From an uncultured Acidobacteriota bacterium (GTDB lineage: Bacteria > Acidobacteriota > Thermoanaerobaculia > Multivoradales > JAHEKO01): a DNA stretch of 64,000 nt. Each line of letters starts with the position of its first letter. The stretch's first letter is position 1. The notes below the pieces were generated by a model. The model made no database searches. It saw nothing but the letters and a program-made list of their open reading frames with translations, and was not told where the DNA came from. Below are positions 25,165-33,729 of this stretch, one piece after another. The stretch is taken from the NCBI GenBank assembly GCA_963713825.1, contig CAVQNG010000003.1, forward strand, positions 1,760,001-1,824,000, in the 5' to 3' direction. Both the position numbers and the translations under genes were made by a program.

Positions 25165-27795
25165 TCACTCCTGGCGGAGAACGTCGATCGGACTGACTCG
25201 CGTGGCTCTCCACGCCGGCAGGAAGCAGGCGGAGGCCGCCACGAGAGCAAGGATCAGGACTGTGCCTAGATAGGAGGCTACGCTAACCGTTTGCGCCTCG
25301 AACGGCAGCCGCTCGAGGGCTAGAGTCACCAGCAGGGCCCCGGCCGCACCAAGGAGAAGTCCGAACCCCACCAGGATCAAGCCCCGTTTCAAGACCATCC
25401 GGAGTAGGTTGCCTCGGGTTGCACCCATGGCCAGGCGAATGCCGATCTCGTTGAGGCGTTGATTGACGGAATGCGCGAGCAGTCCGTACAGGCCGATCGC
25501 CGCGAGCGCCAACGCGATCGCCGAGAAGACGCCGGACGAAAGCGTTACGACCTGGAAGCCCGCCATCGATCGGTCGACGACGGATTGCAGGCTCGTCGGA
25601 TCGGCGAACAGCACGTCCTCGTCCATCTCTCTCACGATCTGGCTGATGGGTTCCTCGAATAGCAGGGGGTTGTCCGCAGTGCGGACAGCAAGCTGCATTT
25701 GCCGGGGAGCGAGCTGGAAGGTGCTCATGTACATCGCCGGATCAGGACCGAGGAAGACCTGATTGACCCGTGCGTCGGCCACCACACCGATCACCTCGTG
25801 CGGAGGCCACTCGGTGGAGCCGACAACAACGGTCTCACCGAGGGGGTTACGGCCCGGGAACAGCTTCCGAGCGACGCTCTCGGTGATCACCAGGACCCGC
25901 GGAGAGTCCCTGTCATCCGTAGTGGCGATATCCCTTCCTTGCAGCAATGGCATTTCCATCGTTTGGAAGTAGCCAGGAGGGACCCACCTCGCCATCGCCG
26001 ACTGGAGGTCGTTGTGTTGGGGCCTTTCTTGGCCGGCGGGCCAGACGGCCCAGTTCTGCCATGGGCTGGCGATCGGCAGCTTATTGATCATGCTCGCCGA
26101 CTCGACTCCGGGAACGGCCTCGATCTGATCGAGCAGTGATGCGAAGAACTGGTTTCGTTCCTCGTGCGACGGATACTTGGCTTCCGGGATGCTGACCGAG
26201 CCGGTGAGCAGGTTGGCGGACTCGAATCCCAGATCGGTGGTAACGAGCTTGACCAGGTTGCTGATGAGCAGTGCCGAGCCGACCAGGAGAAGGGTGGAGA
26301 CTGCTACTTGGACAATCACGAGGCCGCCCCACAGCCGACTGCTGCGTGCGTCTTGGGACAGCTGCCGCCCCGACTTCAGATAGAGACTGGGGTCTACCGC
26401 GGTCGCCCTCAGGGCCGGAACCACCCCGACGAGTACTCCCGTCGCGAGCGACAGGAGGAGGGCGAACAGAAGAGCACCATGGTCGATGCTGGAGCCTTCG
26501 ATTCCCAGCTCGCCGACCGGGAGCGCTCTCAGGAGAAACCGATGGAGCCCGAACGCCACACCGATCCCCGCCAGGCCCGCCAACAGCGAGACGATGACGC
26601 TCTCGGTCATCAGTTGGCGGATCAAGCGCCGGCGAGGAGCGCCCAACGCAATCCGCGTAGCGATCTCCGGCAGGCGTCGGTGGCCACGGGCCAGCAGGAG
26701 GCCAGCGACGTTGCTGCTGGCGATGAGGAGCACCAGAACTCCGGTCGCCATGAGCATGAGCAGACTGAGGCGGACCCTGGCCACCATGGCGTCGTGAAGG
26801 CCTGTGAGCGCCAGACCCTTGCTCTCGTTGCTGACGGGATGCTGCTCCTCCAAGCTGCGGGAGATCGCGTCCACTTCCTGTTGAGCCTGCCGCAGTGAGA
26901 CTCCGGGCTGGAGCCGACCGACCAGAAGATGGCTGTGGGAGTCCCGTTGTAGGTCGAACGGGCCATCCCTGTCCACCAAACGCCACAGGTCCACATCGAG
27001 CAGCGCCTGGAAGCCCTCGGGCATGACGCCGACAATTGTCGTGCTCTCTCCGTCGAGCCTCAGGGTCTTGCCTACCGCGCTCGTGGATCCACCGAGGCGG
27101 CCTTGCCAGAATTCGTAGCTGACCAGAGCGACCCCTGCACCGCCCTGATCCTCCTCCTCCATGAATGGCCGACCGACGATCGGGGTCACCCTGAGTGCGG
27201 GGAACAAGTTCCAGGTCACGAAGCCGGTGTCCACAATCTCGGCCTGGCCTTCCCCAGTGAGGGTCTGCTCCATGGTGATGTCGGCCATGGCGGCAAGGTG
27301 CTCGAACGAGCTGCTGAGCTCGAGGTAGTCGTAATAGTCCACCCTGGACACCGCGCCGGCTCGGGTGCCCGCATAGGTCTTGAAGCCGGCCACGAGCTGA
27401 TCGGGATCGGAGTAGGGGATCTGGGTCAGAAGGGCGGCGCTGACGGTGCTGAACAAGGCCGTGGTGGCACCGATGCCGAGTGCGAGGACGAGAACGGCGA
27501 CAAACGTGAAGCCGGGATTCTTGCGCAAGGTCCGGAAAGCGAGGCGGGCGTCTCGGATCAACGTGTCGAGCGCGGCGCCCGCCCTCGTTTCGCGGACCTG
27601 CTCCTTGACCTGCTCGGTGCCTCCGAGCTCGAGGCGCGCCTCACGCAGGGCGTCCTCAGGACTCATTCCCTGCTGGACCTTCTCTTCTACCAGCAGCTCG
27701 AGATAGGCCCGCAGCTCCTCGTCGAGATCTTGATCGAGCTGCTTTCTCTTCGCCAGCGACTGAAACGTGCTCCGGAGCCAGGGTAGGGCGGGCAT
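25165..27795 (-). CDS. ADOP-family duplicated ABC permease (MacB/FtsX-like)
   Basis: Permease prefix domain (LDEELRAYLELLVEE...GMSPEDALREARLELGG), PGFTFVAVLVLALGIGATTALF, two MacB-PCD/FtsX halves and EIGIRLAMGA; directly after a PadR gene. Confidence 0.93.
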   Translation of the reverse strand: MPALPWLRSTFQSLAKRKQLDQDLDEELRAYLELLVEEKVQQGMSPEDALREARLELGGTEQVKEQVRETRAGAALDTLIRDARLAFRTLRKNPGFTFVAVLVLALGIGATTALFSTVSAALLTQIPYSDPDQLVAGFKTYAGTRAGAVSRVDYYDYLELSSSFEHLAAMADITMEQTLTGEGQAEIVDTGFVTWNLFPALRVTPIVGRPFMEEEDQGGAGVALVSYEFWQGRLGGSTSAVGKTLRLDGESTTIVGVMPEGFQALLDVDLWRLVDRDGPFDLQRDSHSHLLVGRLQPGVSLRQAQQEVDAISRSLEEQHPVSNESKGLALTGLHDAMVARVRLSLLMLMATGVLVLLIASSNVAGLLLARGHRRLPEIATRIALGAPRRRLIRQLMTESVIVSLLAGLAGIGVAFGLHRFLLRALPVGELGIEGSSIDHGALLFALLLSLATGVLVGVVPALRATAVDPSLYLKSGRQLSQDARSSRLWGGLVIVQVAVSTLLLVGSALLISNLVKLVTTDLGFESANLLTGSVSIPEAKYPSHEERNQFFASLLDQIEAVPGVESASMINKLPIASPWQNWAVWPAGQERPQHNDLQSAMARWVPPGYFQTMEMPLLQGRDIATTDDRDSPRVLVITESVARKLFPGRNPLGETVVVGSTEWPPHEVIGVVADARVNQVFLGPDPAMYMSTFQLAPRQMQLAVRTADNPLLFEEPISQIVREMDEDVLFADPTSLQSVVDRSMAGFQVVTLSSGVFSAIALALAAIGLYGLLAHSVNQRLNEIGIRLAMGATRGNLLRMVLKRGLILVGFGLLLGAAGALLVTLALERLPFEAQTVSVASYLGTVLILALVAASACFLPAWRATRVSPIDVLRQE

Positions 27796-27805
27796 GCGAC
27801 TCTCC

Positions 27806-28138
27806 TCAGGAGGCCTCGAGAAGCTTCGTTATGGCAACGACGACCTGGGACCAGTTCTCTTTCTCTTCGCCCAGTCGAAGTCGGCCAGCTCGGGTCAACT
27901 CGTAGTACTTGGCGCGCCGGTTGTTCTCCGACTCACCCCAATCGCCCTGGATCCAGCCGCGCTCCTCGAGGCGATGGAGTGCGGGGAACAGGGACCCGGG
28001 CTTCACCTGGAACACCCCCTCAGTGACCTGGTCGATGCGTCGTGAGATGCCCAGCCCGTGCATGGGCTGGAGTGCCAGCGTCTTCAAGATGAGCATGTCC
28101 AGCGTTCCGCGAAGAAGATCAGCTTTGGTGGCACCCAT
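27806..28138 (-). CDS. PadR-family transcriptional regulator, acidobacterial type
   Basis: LLRGTLDMLILKTL, GSLFPALHRLE and WGESENNRRAKYYELT; GGAGG RBS. Confidence 0.95.
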   Translation of the reverse strand: MGATKADLLRGTLDMLILKTLALQPMHGLGISRRIDQVTEGVFQVKPGSLFPALHRLEERGWIQGDWGESENNRRAKYYELTRAGRLRLGEEKENWSQVVVAITKLLEAS

Positions 28139-28173
28139 TCGAACCTCCGGACGGTTTGGGTTGGATCTGTTCC

Positions 28174-28188
28174 TACAGAAAGTCTATA
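28174..28188. promoter_or_regulatory. Candidate PadR operator
   Basis: Imperfect palindrome TACAGA-AAG-TCTATA about 35 nt upstream of the padR start. Confidence 0.4.
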
Positions 28189-28232
28189 CGAGTAACAGGT
28201 ATTGATGTTTCACCTGTCATCGGAGATGAAGT

Positions 28233-28263
28233 TGAAGCGGCGGGCGCCCCTGCGGGCCGTGAG
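28233..28263 (+). repeat. REP-like palindrome, family A copy 3 (degenerate)
   Basis: TGAAGC GGCGGGC GCCCCT GCGGGCC GTGAG. Confidence 0.55.
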
Positions 28264-28285
28264 CCGGCCAATCTGGCCTGGAGGT

Positions 28286-28357
28286 GGTTTGGTGGGAGAT
28301 TCCAGGGGGTTCTTGCAGCGGAAGGGAGGAAAGCCCCCTGGGATCTCCCACCAAACC
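28286..28357. repeat. Long inverted repeat (24-bp arms), hairpin or MITE-like element
   Basis: GGTTTGGTGGGAGATTCCAGGGGG ... CCCCCTGGGATCTCCCACCAAACC, one mismatch, 24-nt loop; 32 nt downstream of the 28390 stop. Confidence 0.8.
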
Positions 28358-28389
28358 CCGTCTACTACTGTCTCGAGGTTTGAGGCCCC

Positions 28390-29823
28390 TCAGTCTTCGT
28401 CGTCGACCCAGGTCGAGGTGTCGCCCGTCTCGAAGCTGCTGGCGAAGATCACATCGATGCCTTCGGCGAATCCGATATCGACGATTCCGTCGACGACTCG
28501 TGAGCTGTTTTCGATGTCGACGGGGCTGAGGCCGCCGGGAGGATAGTTGTCTCCCATGTTTTCAGCAGGCGAGCCCGCGGTGAGGAAATAGTCGAGATTC
28601 AGGGGGTCCAGGAAGAGCGGATCGACTCCGATAAGGTTGGAGCCGGTGTCCACCGTGCCCGAGGTGGTGAGGTCGGTGCCGTTGCCGTAGGCGATGGTGT
28701 TGTAGATCGCCAGGGTGCTGGAGCCCTCACGGGTCGCGACGATTCCGGTTCCCGGATTGTCGGCGACGGTCAGGTTCACCAGATGGACAGTTCCGTTATC
28801 TTTGGTGGTCACATCCAACCCGCCACCGTCTCCCTGGGCGAGTCCAGAGTCGGTCATTCGGAACGTGTGCGAGCCGGCCTCCGTCGTATAGACCAACTGT
28901 GCAGTTGCGTCGCCTGCAACGACCTCGTTGGCCGCCCAGCCGGTTCGGACTACATGGAGTGTGGCGGCGTTCGAGGTCCTGAGGTATCCACCGCTACCAA
29001 GTGAGGTCCCGGTACCCAAGACGGAGTTCTCGAACACGAAGGTGTCGTAGAACACGCCCTTCGCATCGTCTTCCGAGAAGAGGTAGAGGCCACCACCAGC
29101 GCGTTCGCCTCCGTCACTACCCACCGAGTTTTCGAGAATGTCGCAACCGTCGATCAAGAAGGTCGAGTTGTTGCGGCCATGGATGAAAAGCCCCCCACCT
29201 CTGGCGTTACCCTGATTCCAGGTGCTCGATGTGTTTCCCTGGATCAGGCTCCCGAGGACTTCGAGTCGTTGGGTGCCTCGGAGCAATGCGTAAAGGCCGC
29301 CCCCCTGGGCTGATGGCGACTCTGTCAGGTGATTCTCGACGATCCAGAGGCTTCTCAGCACCACCTTCGCACTGTTGGTGACGTTGTTCGAAAAGACGCG
29401 AACGCCGGCACCATCTCGCGTGCCGTTTGTGAGGGTGAATCCCTCCAGCAGGAACGAACCTCCCTCGATGAGGATATTGATCGCTCTCCCGCTCGCATCC
29501 GCATCGATCACGGTGTGCTCGGGGTCTGGATCTTGGGTCGTAAAGGTCGGATCCCAGCCACCGAGAATCGAGAGACTCCCACTGTCGAAAGTGGCTGGCA
29601 CCTCGAGGTTCTCGGTGTAGGTGAGGTTCTGTTCAACCCGAATCTCTGTGTCGGCGCCGTTGACCACGGCGTCGATTGCGCTCTGAATTGTTGTATAGGT
29701 GGCACCGGGACCGACCTCGAGCACAGTCACCTGCGATGAGGCGAGCGGAGCGATCAGAACCCAGAACGCCAGGGGAGCAAACCACGGTCCGACGACGCGA
29801 GCTGCAGACAAGGAGTGAGCCAT
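28390..29823 (-). CDS. Secreted beta-helix protein with choice-of-anchor-Q-like region and C-terminal FxxxFE..W motif
   Basis: Signal peptide; YTTIQSAIDA; GGGL repeats; DPLF...YFLTAGSPAENMG...VDIGFAE; ends IFASSFETGDTSTWVDDED; GGAGG RBS. Confidence 0.85.
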   Translation of the reverse strand: MAHSLSAARVVGPWFAPLAFWVLIAPLASSQVTVLEVGPGATYTTIQSAIDAVVNGADTEIRVEQNLTYTENLEVPATFDSGSLSILGGWDPTFTTQDPDPEHTVIDADASGRAINILIEGGSFLLEGFTLTNGTRDGAGVRVFSNNVTNSAKVVLRSLWIVENHLTESPSAQGGGLYALLRGTQRLEVLGSLIQGNTSSTWNQGNARGGGLFIHGRNNSTFLIDGCDILENSVGSDGGERAGGGLYLFSEDDAKGVFYDTFVFENSVLGTGTSLGSGGYLRTSNAATLHVVRTGWAANEVVAGDATAQLVYTTEAGSHTFRMTDSGLAQGDGGGLDVTTKDNGTVHLVNLTVADNPGTGIVATREGSSTLAIYNTIAYGNGTDLTTSGTVDTGSNLIGVDPLFLDPLNLDYFLTAGSPAENMGDNYPPGGLSPVDIENSSRVVDGIVDIGFAEGIDVIFASSFETGDTSTWVDDED

Positions 29824-29974
29824 GGCAATTCCTCCATCGTGCCATTGTCGAGTACATGTAAAACCCTACTCCTCTGGAAAGCAGGCCGCAACACCCGTTT
29901 CGAAGGTAGAATCTCGGTACTCGGACCAGACAAGGGTGGTTGGCCCCATTTGGCAGGAATCCAGGTAGGACTCG

Positions 29975-32662
29975 ATGATCGGCGAGACCCTCTCTCACTA
30001 TCGGATACTCGACAAGCTCGGCAAGGGTGGGATGGGTGAGGTCTTTCTGGCCGAGGACACCACCCTCAAGCGCAAAGTTGCCCTGAAGGTGCTGCCGCCC
30101 GAGCTCGCGACGAGCCAGGAACGGCTGGAGCGGTTCCAGCGCGAAGCCGAGTCGCTGGCCTCCCTCAACCATCCCAACATCGTCACGATCCACACCGTGG
30201 AAGAGGACGGGGGTGTCCGCTTCCTGACCATGGAGTGGGTGGAGGGCCAGACCCTGGCCGAGCTGGTGGAGAAGGGGGGGCTACCCCTGGAGCGGATCTT
30301 CGAGATCGCCACCCCGCTGGCCGATGCCCTGGCCGTGGCCCACACGAAGGGCGTCGTGCACCGTGACTTGAAACCGGGCAACGTGATGGTGACGGAGGAC
30401 GGCCGGGTCAAGGTCCTCGACTTCGGCCTGGCGAAGCTCCTCGAGGAAGAGCCAGATCTTGTGGCCACCGAGATGGCCACGGAGGCCCTGACCCGGGACG
30501 GCGTCGCCATGGGCACGATCCCGTACATGTCGCCGGAGCAGGTGCAGGGCAAGGCGGTGGATCACCGCTCGGACATCTTCTCGCTGGGCATCGTTCTCTA
30601 CGAGATGTCCACCGGACAGTTGCCCTTCGAAGGTGAGACCTCGGCGGATCTGATCTCCTCGATACTGCGTGACAACCCCGATTCGGTTACCGATCTCCGA
30701 CTGGAGCTGCCTCGCCACTTCGGTCGCATCATTCGCCACTGTCTGGAGAAGGACCCACAGCGCCGGTATCAATCGGCCCTGGATGTTCGCAACGAGATCG
30801 AGGGCCTGCAAAGGGAAGTCGAATCAGGCGAGGTCCCGGTCTCGAGTATGAGTGGAGCGACTCCGGTCGCCGGAGCGGGCGGCAGCCGCAAGTGGCTGGC
30901 ACTCGTGGCCCTGGTGGTCGCCATCGCCGTGATCGGGGGGCTGGTCTGGTGGATGGGTCGGGATGGTGATCCCGAAACGAGCGAGACGGCCGCAGCGCCT
31001 GCCGAGGTCGGTCGCCAGATGATGGTCGTGCTGCCCTTCGAGAACCTCGGAGCGGCCGAGGATGAGTACTTCGCAGCCGGCATGACCGAGGAGATCACCA
31101 CCCGTCTGGCGGCGGTGAGTGGCCTCGGGGTGATCTCTCGCAAGAGTGCCATGCGATACGCGGGCACCGACAAGACCATCCAGCAGATCGGTGATGAGCT
31201 CGGCGTCCAGTATGTCCTCGAAGGGACCGTGCGTTGGGCCAGGAACGACGACGGCAGCCGGGTCCGGATCTCGCCCCAGCTCATCCAGGTCGCGGACGAC
31301 ACGAATCTCTGGGCCGACACCTACGACCGGGTCATCGACGACGTCTTCGAAGTCCAGAGCGAGATCGCTGGTGAGGTGATCCAACAACTCGGCGTTACTC
31401 TTCTCGAGCCCGAGCAAGCCTCGATCGAGGCCAGGCCCACCGAGAACATGGAGGCCTATCAGGCCTACCTGCGGGGCCTCGACCAGACCGGCCATCTGAC
31501 CTATTCCGAAGAACACCGCCTGCTCGAGATCGAGATGTTCGAGCGGGCCGTGGAGCTCGATCCCGAGTTCGCACTGGCCTGGGCGGAGCTGTCGATGGCG
31601 CACTCCGGTCTCATCAACCTCGGGATGGACAAGTCACCCGAGAGGCTGGCTCTTGCCAAGGCGGCCGTCGACCGCGCGCTAGAGCTCGACCCGGACCTTC
31701 CTGATGCTCACCTCGCAATGGCCTACTACTACTACTGGGGCCTACGCGACTATGAGCCGGCGCTCGAGGCCCTCGCCATCGCCGAGAAGAGCATGCCTGA
31801 AGATCAAGATGTCCTGATCGCCAACTTCGCGATCCGTCGGCGCCAGGGTCAGCTGGACAAGTCGCTCGAGTCCGTCGAGAGGGCCTTCGAGCTGAGCCCA
31901 CTCGAAGACGACCTGCCGAGGGAGATCGGTGTCATCCACATGATGAACCGAGATGCCAAAAGGGCCCTAGAGTCCTACGACGAGTCCATCGCGCTGGCCC
32001 CCGATCAACAGGCGGCCTACATGTTCAAGATGCTGGCCCACTGGTCTCTCGGTGATACTGGGAGCGCGCGGCAGGAGTTCGACAGAATGCCTCAAACCCC
32101 CGGCGTCTTCCTGACCTACTACCAGGTTGGACAGGACTCCATGGAGCGAAACTGGGACCAGGCTCTCCGTCATCTGGACGAGTCGCCAACCGATCTCATC
32201 GAGGGTCCTGATGTATGGATTCCTCTCGATCTATTGAGGGGCGAGCTCTACCTTCGACTCGACGACGAGGAAAGGTCGCGTCAGGCCTATCAATCCGCTC
32301 TGGAGCTCGTGGAGCAGCAGTTGGCAGTGAACCCACAGGATGCCCGTTTGCACAGCTCTCTGGGACTGATCTACGCCGGTATGGGAATGAAGGAGGAGGC
32401 AATCCGAGAGGGCCGAGAGGCGGTGAGACTCTACCCACCCGAGAAGGATGCCCTCCACGGCCCCACCCATGTCGAGAACCTGGCGCGCATCTACACAATG
32501 GTAGGCGAGCCTGACGAGGCGCTCGAGCAGCTCGATCGCTTCCTCTCGATGCCGAACTGGACCACGGCAGAGTGGGTCGATATCGACCCCAGGTACGATG
32601 CCCTGCGCGACCACCCACGCTACGAAGAAGTCCTAGGCAAGTACCGATCTGCTTCCCGGTGA
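29975..32662 (+). CDS. Hanks-type Ser/Thr kinase with TM helix, TolB-N-like domain and TPRs
   Basis: GKGGMGEV, HRDLKPGN and DFG; VVLPFENLG..EYFAAGMTEEITTRL; EAYQAYLRG; TPR helices. Confidence 0.95.
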   Translation: MIGETLSHYRILDKLGKGGMGEVFLAEDTTLKRKVALKVLPPELATSQERLERFQREAESLASLNHPNIVTIHTVEEDGGVRFLTMEWVEGQTLAELVEKGGLPLERIFEIATPLADALAVAHTKGVVHRDLKPGNVMVTEDGRVKVLDFGLAKLLEEEPDLVATEMATEALTRDGVAMGTIPYMSPEQVQGKAVDHRSDIFSLGIVLYEMSTGQLPFEGETSADLISSILRDNPDSVTDLRLELPRHFGRIIRHCLEKDPQRRYQSALDVRNEIEGLQREVESGEVPVSSMSGATPVAGAGGSRKWLALVALVVAIAVIGGLVWWMGRDGDPETSETAAAPAEVGRQMMVVLPFENLGAAEDEYFAAGMTEEITTRLAAVSGLGVISRKSAMRYAGTDKTIQQIGDELGVQYVLEGTVRWARNDDGSRVRISPQLIQVADDTNLWADTYDRVIDDVFEVQSEIAGEVIQQLGVTLLEPEQASIEARPTENMEAYQAYLRGLDQTGHLTYSEEHRLLEIEMFERAVELDPEFALAWAELSMAHSGLINLGMDKSPERLALAKAAVDRALELDPDLPDAHLAMAYYYYWGLRDYEPALEALAIAEKSMPEDQDVLIANFAIRRRQGQLDKSLESVERAFELSPLEDDLPREIGVIHMMNRDAKRALESYDESIALAPDQQAAYMFKMLAHWSLGDTGSARQEFDRMPQTPGVFLTYYQVGQDSMERNWDQALRHLDESPTDLIEGPDVWIPLDLLRGELYLRLDDEERSRQAYQSALELVEQQLAVNPQDARLHSSLGLIYAGMGMKEEAIREGREAVRLYPPEKDALHGPTHVENLARIYTMVGEPDEALEQLDRFLSMPNWTTAEWVDIDPRYDALRDHPRYEEVLGKYRSASR

Positions 32663-32773
32663 TGGGGGAGGCAGGGAGGCCTGGTCGTCGCATGGCCCCT
32701 AGACCTGAAGCTCTCCCAGCCTCTCGGCTAGAATGCGGTTCGCGAACCATCGAACGCAGTCGGGAGGAGAGGC

Positions 32774-33574
32774 ATGAGTGAGAGTCGCCTTCAGGCGGCT
32801 GCTGACGCCGCCGCAGTCTACGAAGAGTTTTTCGTTCCAGCCCTTTTCAGCCAGTGGGCGCATCCGGTGTTGAATGCTGCGGAGGTACAGGGAGGCGATC
32901 GGGTACTGGATGTGGCCTGTGGTACCGGGGTGTTAACGCGGGCCGCCGCCGAGCGGGTTGCACCGGCAGGCTCGGTCACAGGTCTCGACGCCAATCGAGG
33001 CATGTTGGCCGTGGCCGAGCGACTGGCGCCCGAGATTGACTGGGCCCATGGGGACGCTGAGTCCCTACCGTTCGATGACGAGTCGTTCGAAGCGGTCGTC
33101 AGTCAGTTTGGGCTGATGTTCTTTGCCGACCGAACTGGTGCGATTGCCGAGATGATCCGGGTTCTCGCCCCTGGTGGGCGAGTCGCGGTGGCGGTCTGGG
33201 ATAGCCTGGACAACACACCCGGCTATGCCGAGCTGGTCGGTCTGCTCCAGAGAATGTTCGGGGAGCAGGCTGCCGAAGCCCTCCGCGCTCCCTTTGCTCT
33301 CGGTGACCGTGATCAGCTCTCTTCGCTAGTGACCGGTGTCGTGGGTGCCGGTGCAACGGTCACAACCCGGAACGGAGTTGCACGCTTCCCGTCGGTGGCT
33401 TCGTGGATCCACACGGATGTGAAGGGCTGGTCACCCCTCGGTCAGCAATTGGACGAAGAGCAATTCGAGAGGCTGCAGACCGAGGCCGAAAGTACCCTGA
33501 GCTCGTTCGTCACCGAGCGGGGCACGGTCGAGTTCCCGATGCCCGCCCACATCGTCACACTCGGCAAGTCGTAG
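32774..33574 (+). CDS. Class I SAM-dependent methyltransferase (UbiE-like)
   Basis: VLDVACGTG, GDAESLPFDDESFEAV and RVLAPGGR. Confidence 0.92.
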   Translation: MSESRLQAAADAAAVYEEFFVPALFSQWAHPVLNAAEVQGGDRVLDVACGTGVLTRAAAERVAPAGSVTGLDANRGMLAVAERLAPEIDWAHGDAESLPFDDESFEAVVSQFGLMFFADRTGAIAEMIRVLAPGGRVAVAVWDSLDNTPGYAELVGLLQRMFGEQAAEALRAPFALGDRDQLSSLVTGVVGAGATVTTRNGVARFPSVASWIHTDVKGWSPLGQQLDEEQFERLQTEAESTLSSFVTERGTVEFPMPAHIVTLGKS

Positions 33575-33729
33575 TGAGCTCCGGCTAGGGCCGAGTGACC
33601 CATGACTGGTGATCTGGCAATCTCTGAAATAACGATTGACTACGAATCGGGAGACGTTTCGGCGTGGTCGATGAGGTTTCCCTAGGAGGGATCCGATCAC
33701 CGTCGCGGCGGCTCGGTGACTGATCGCAC

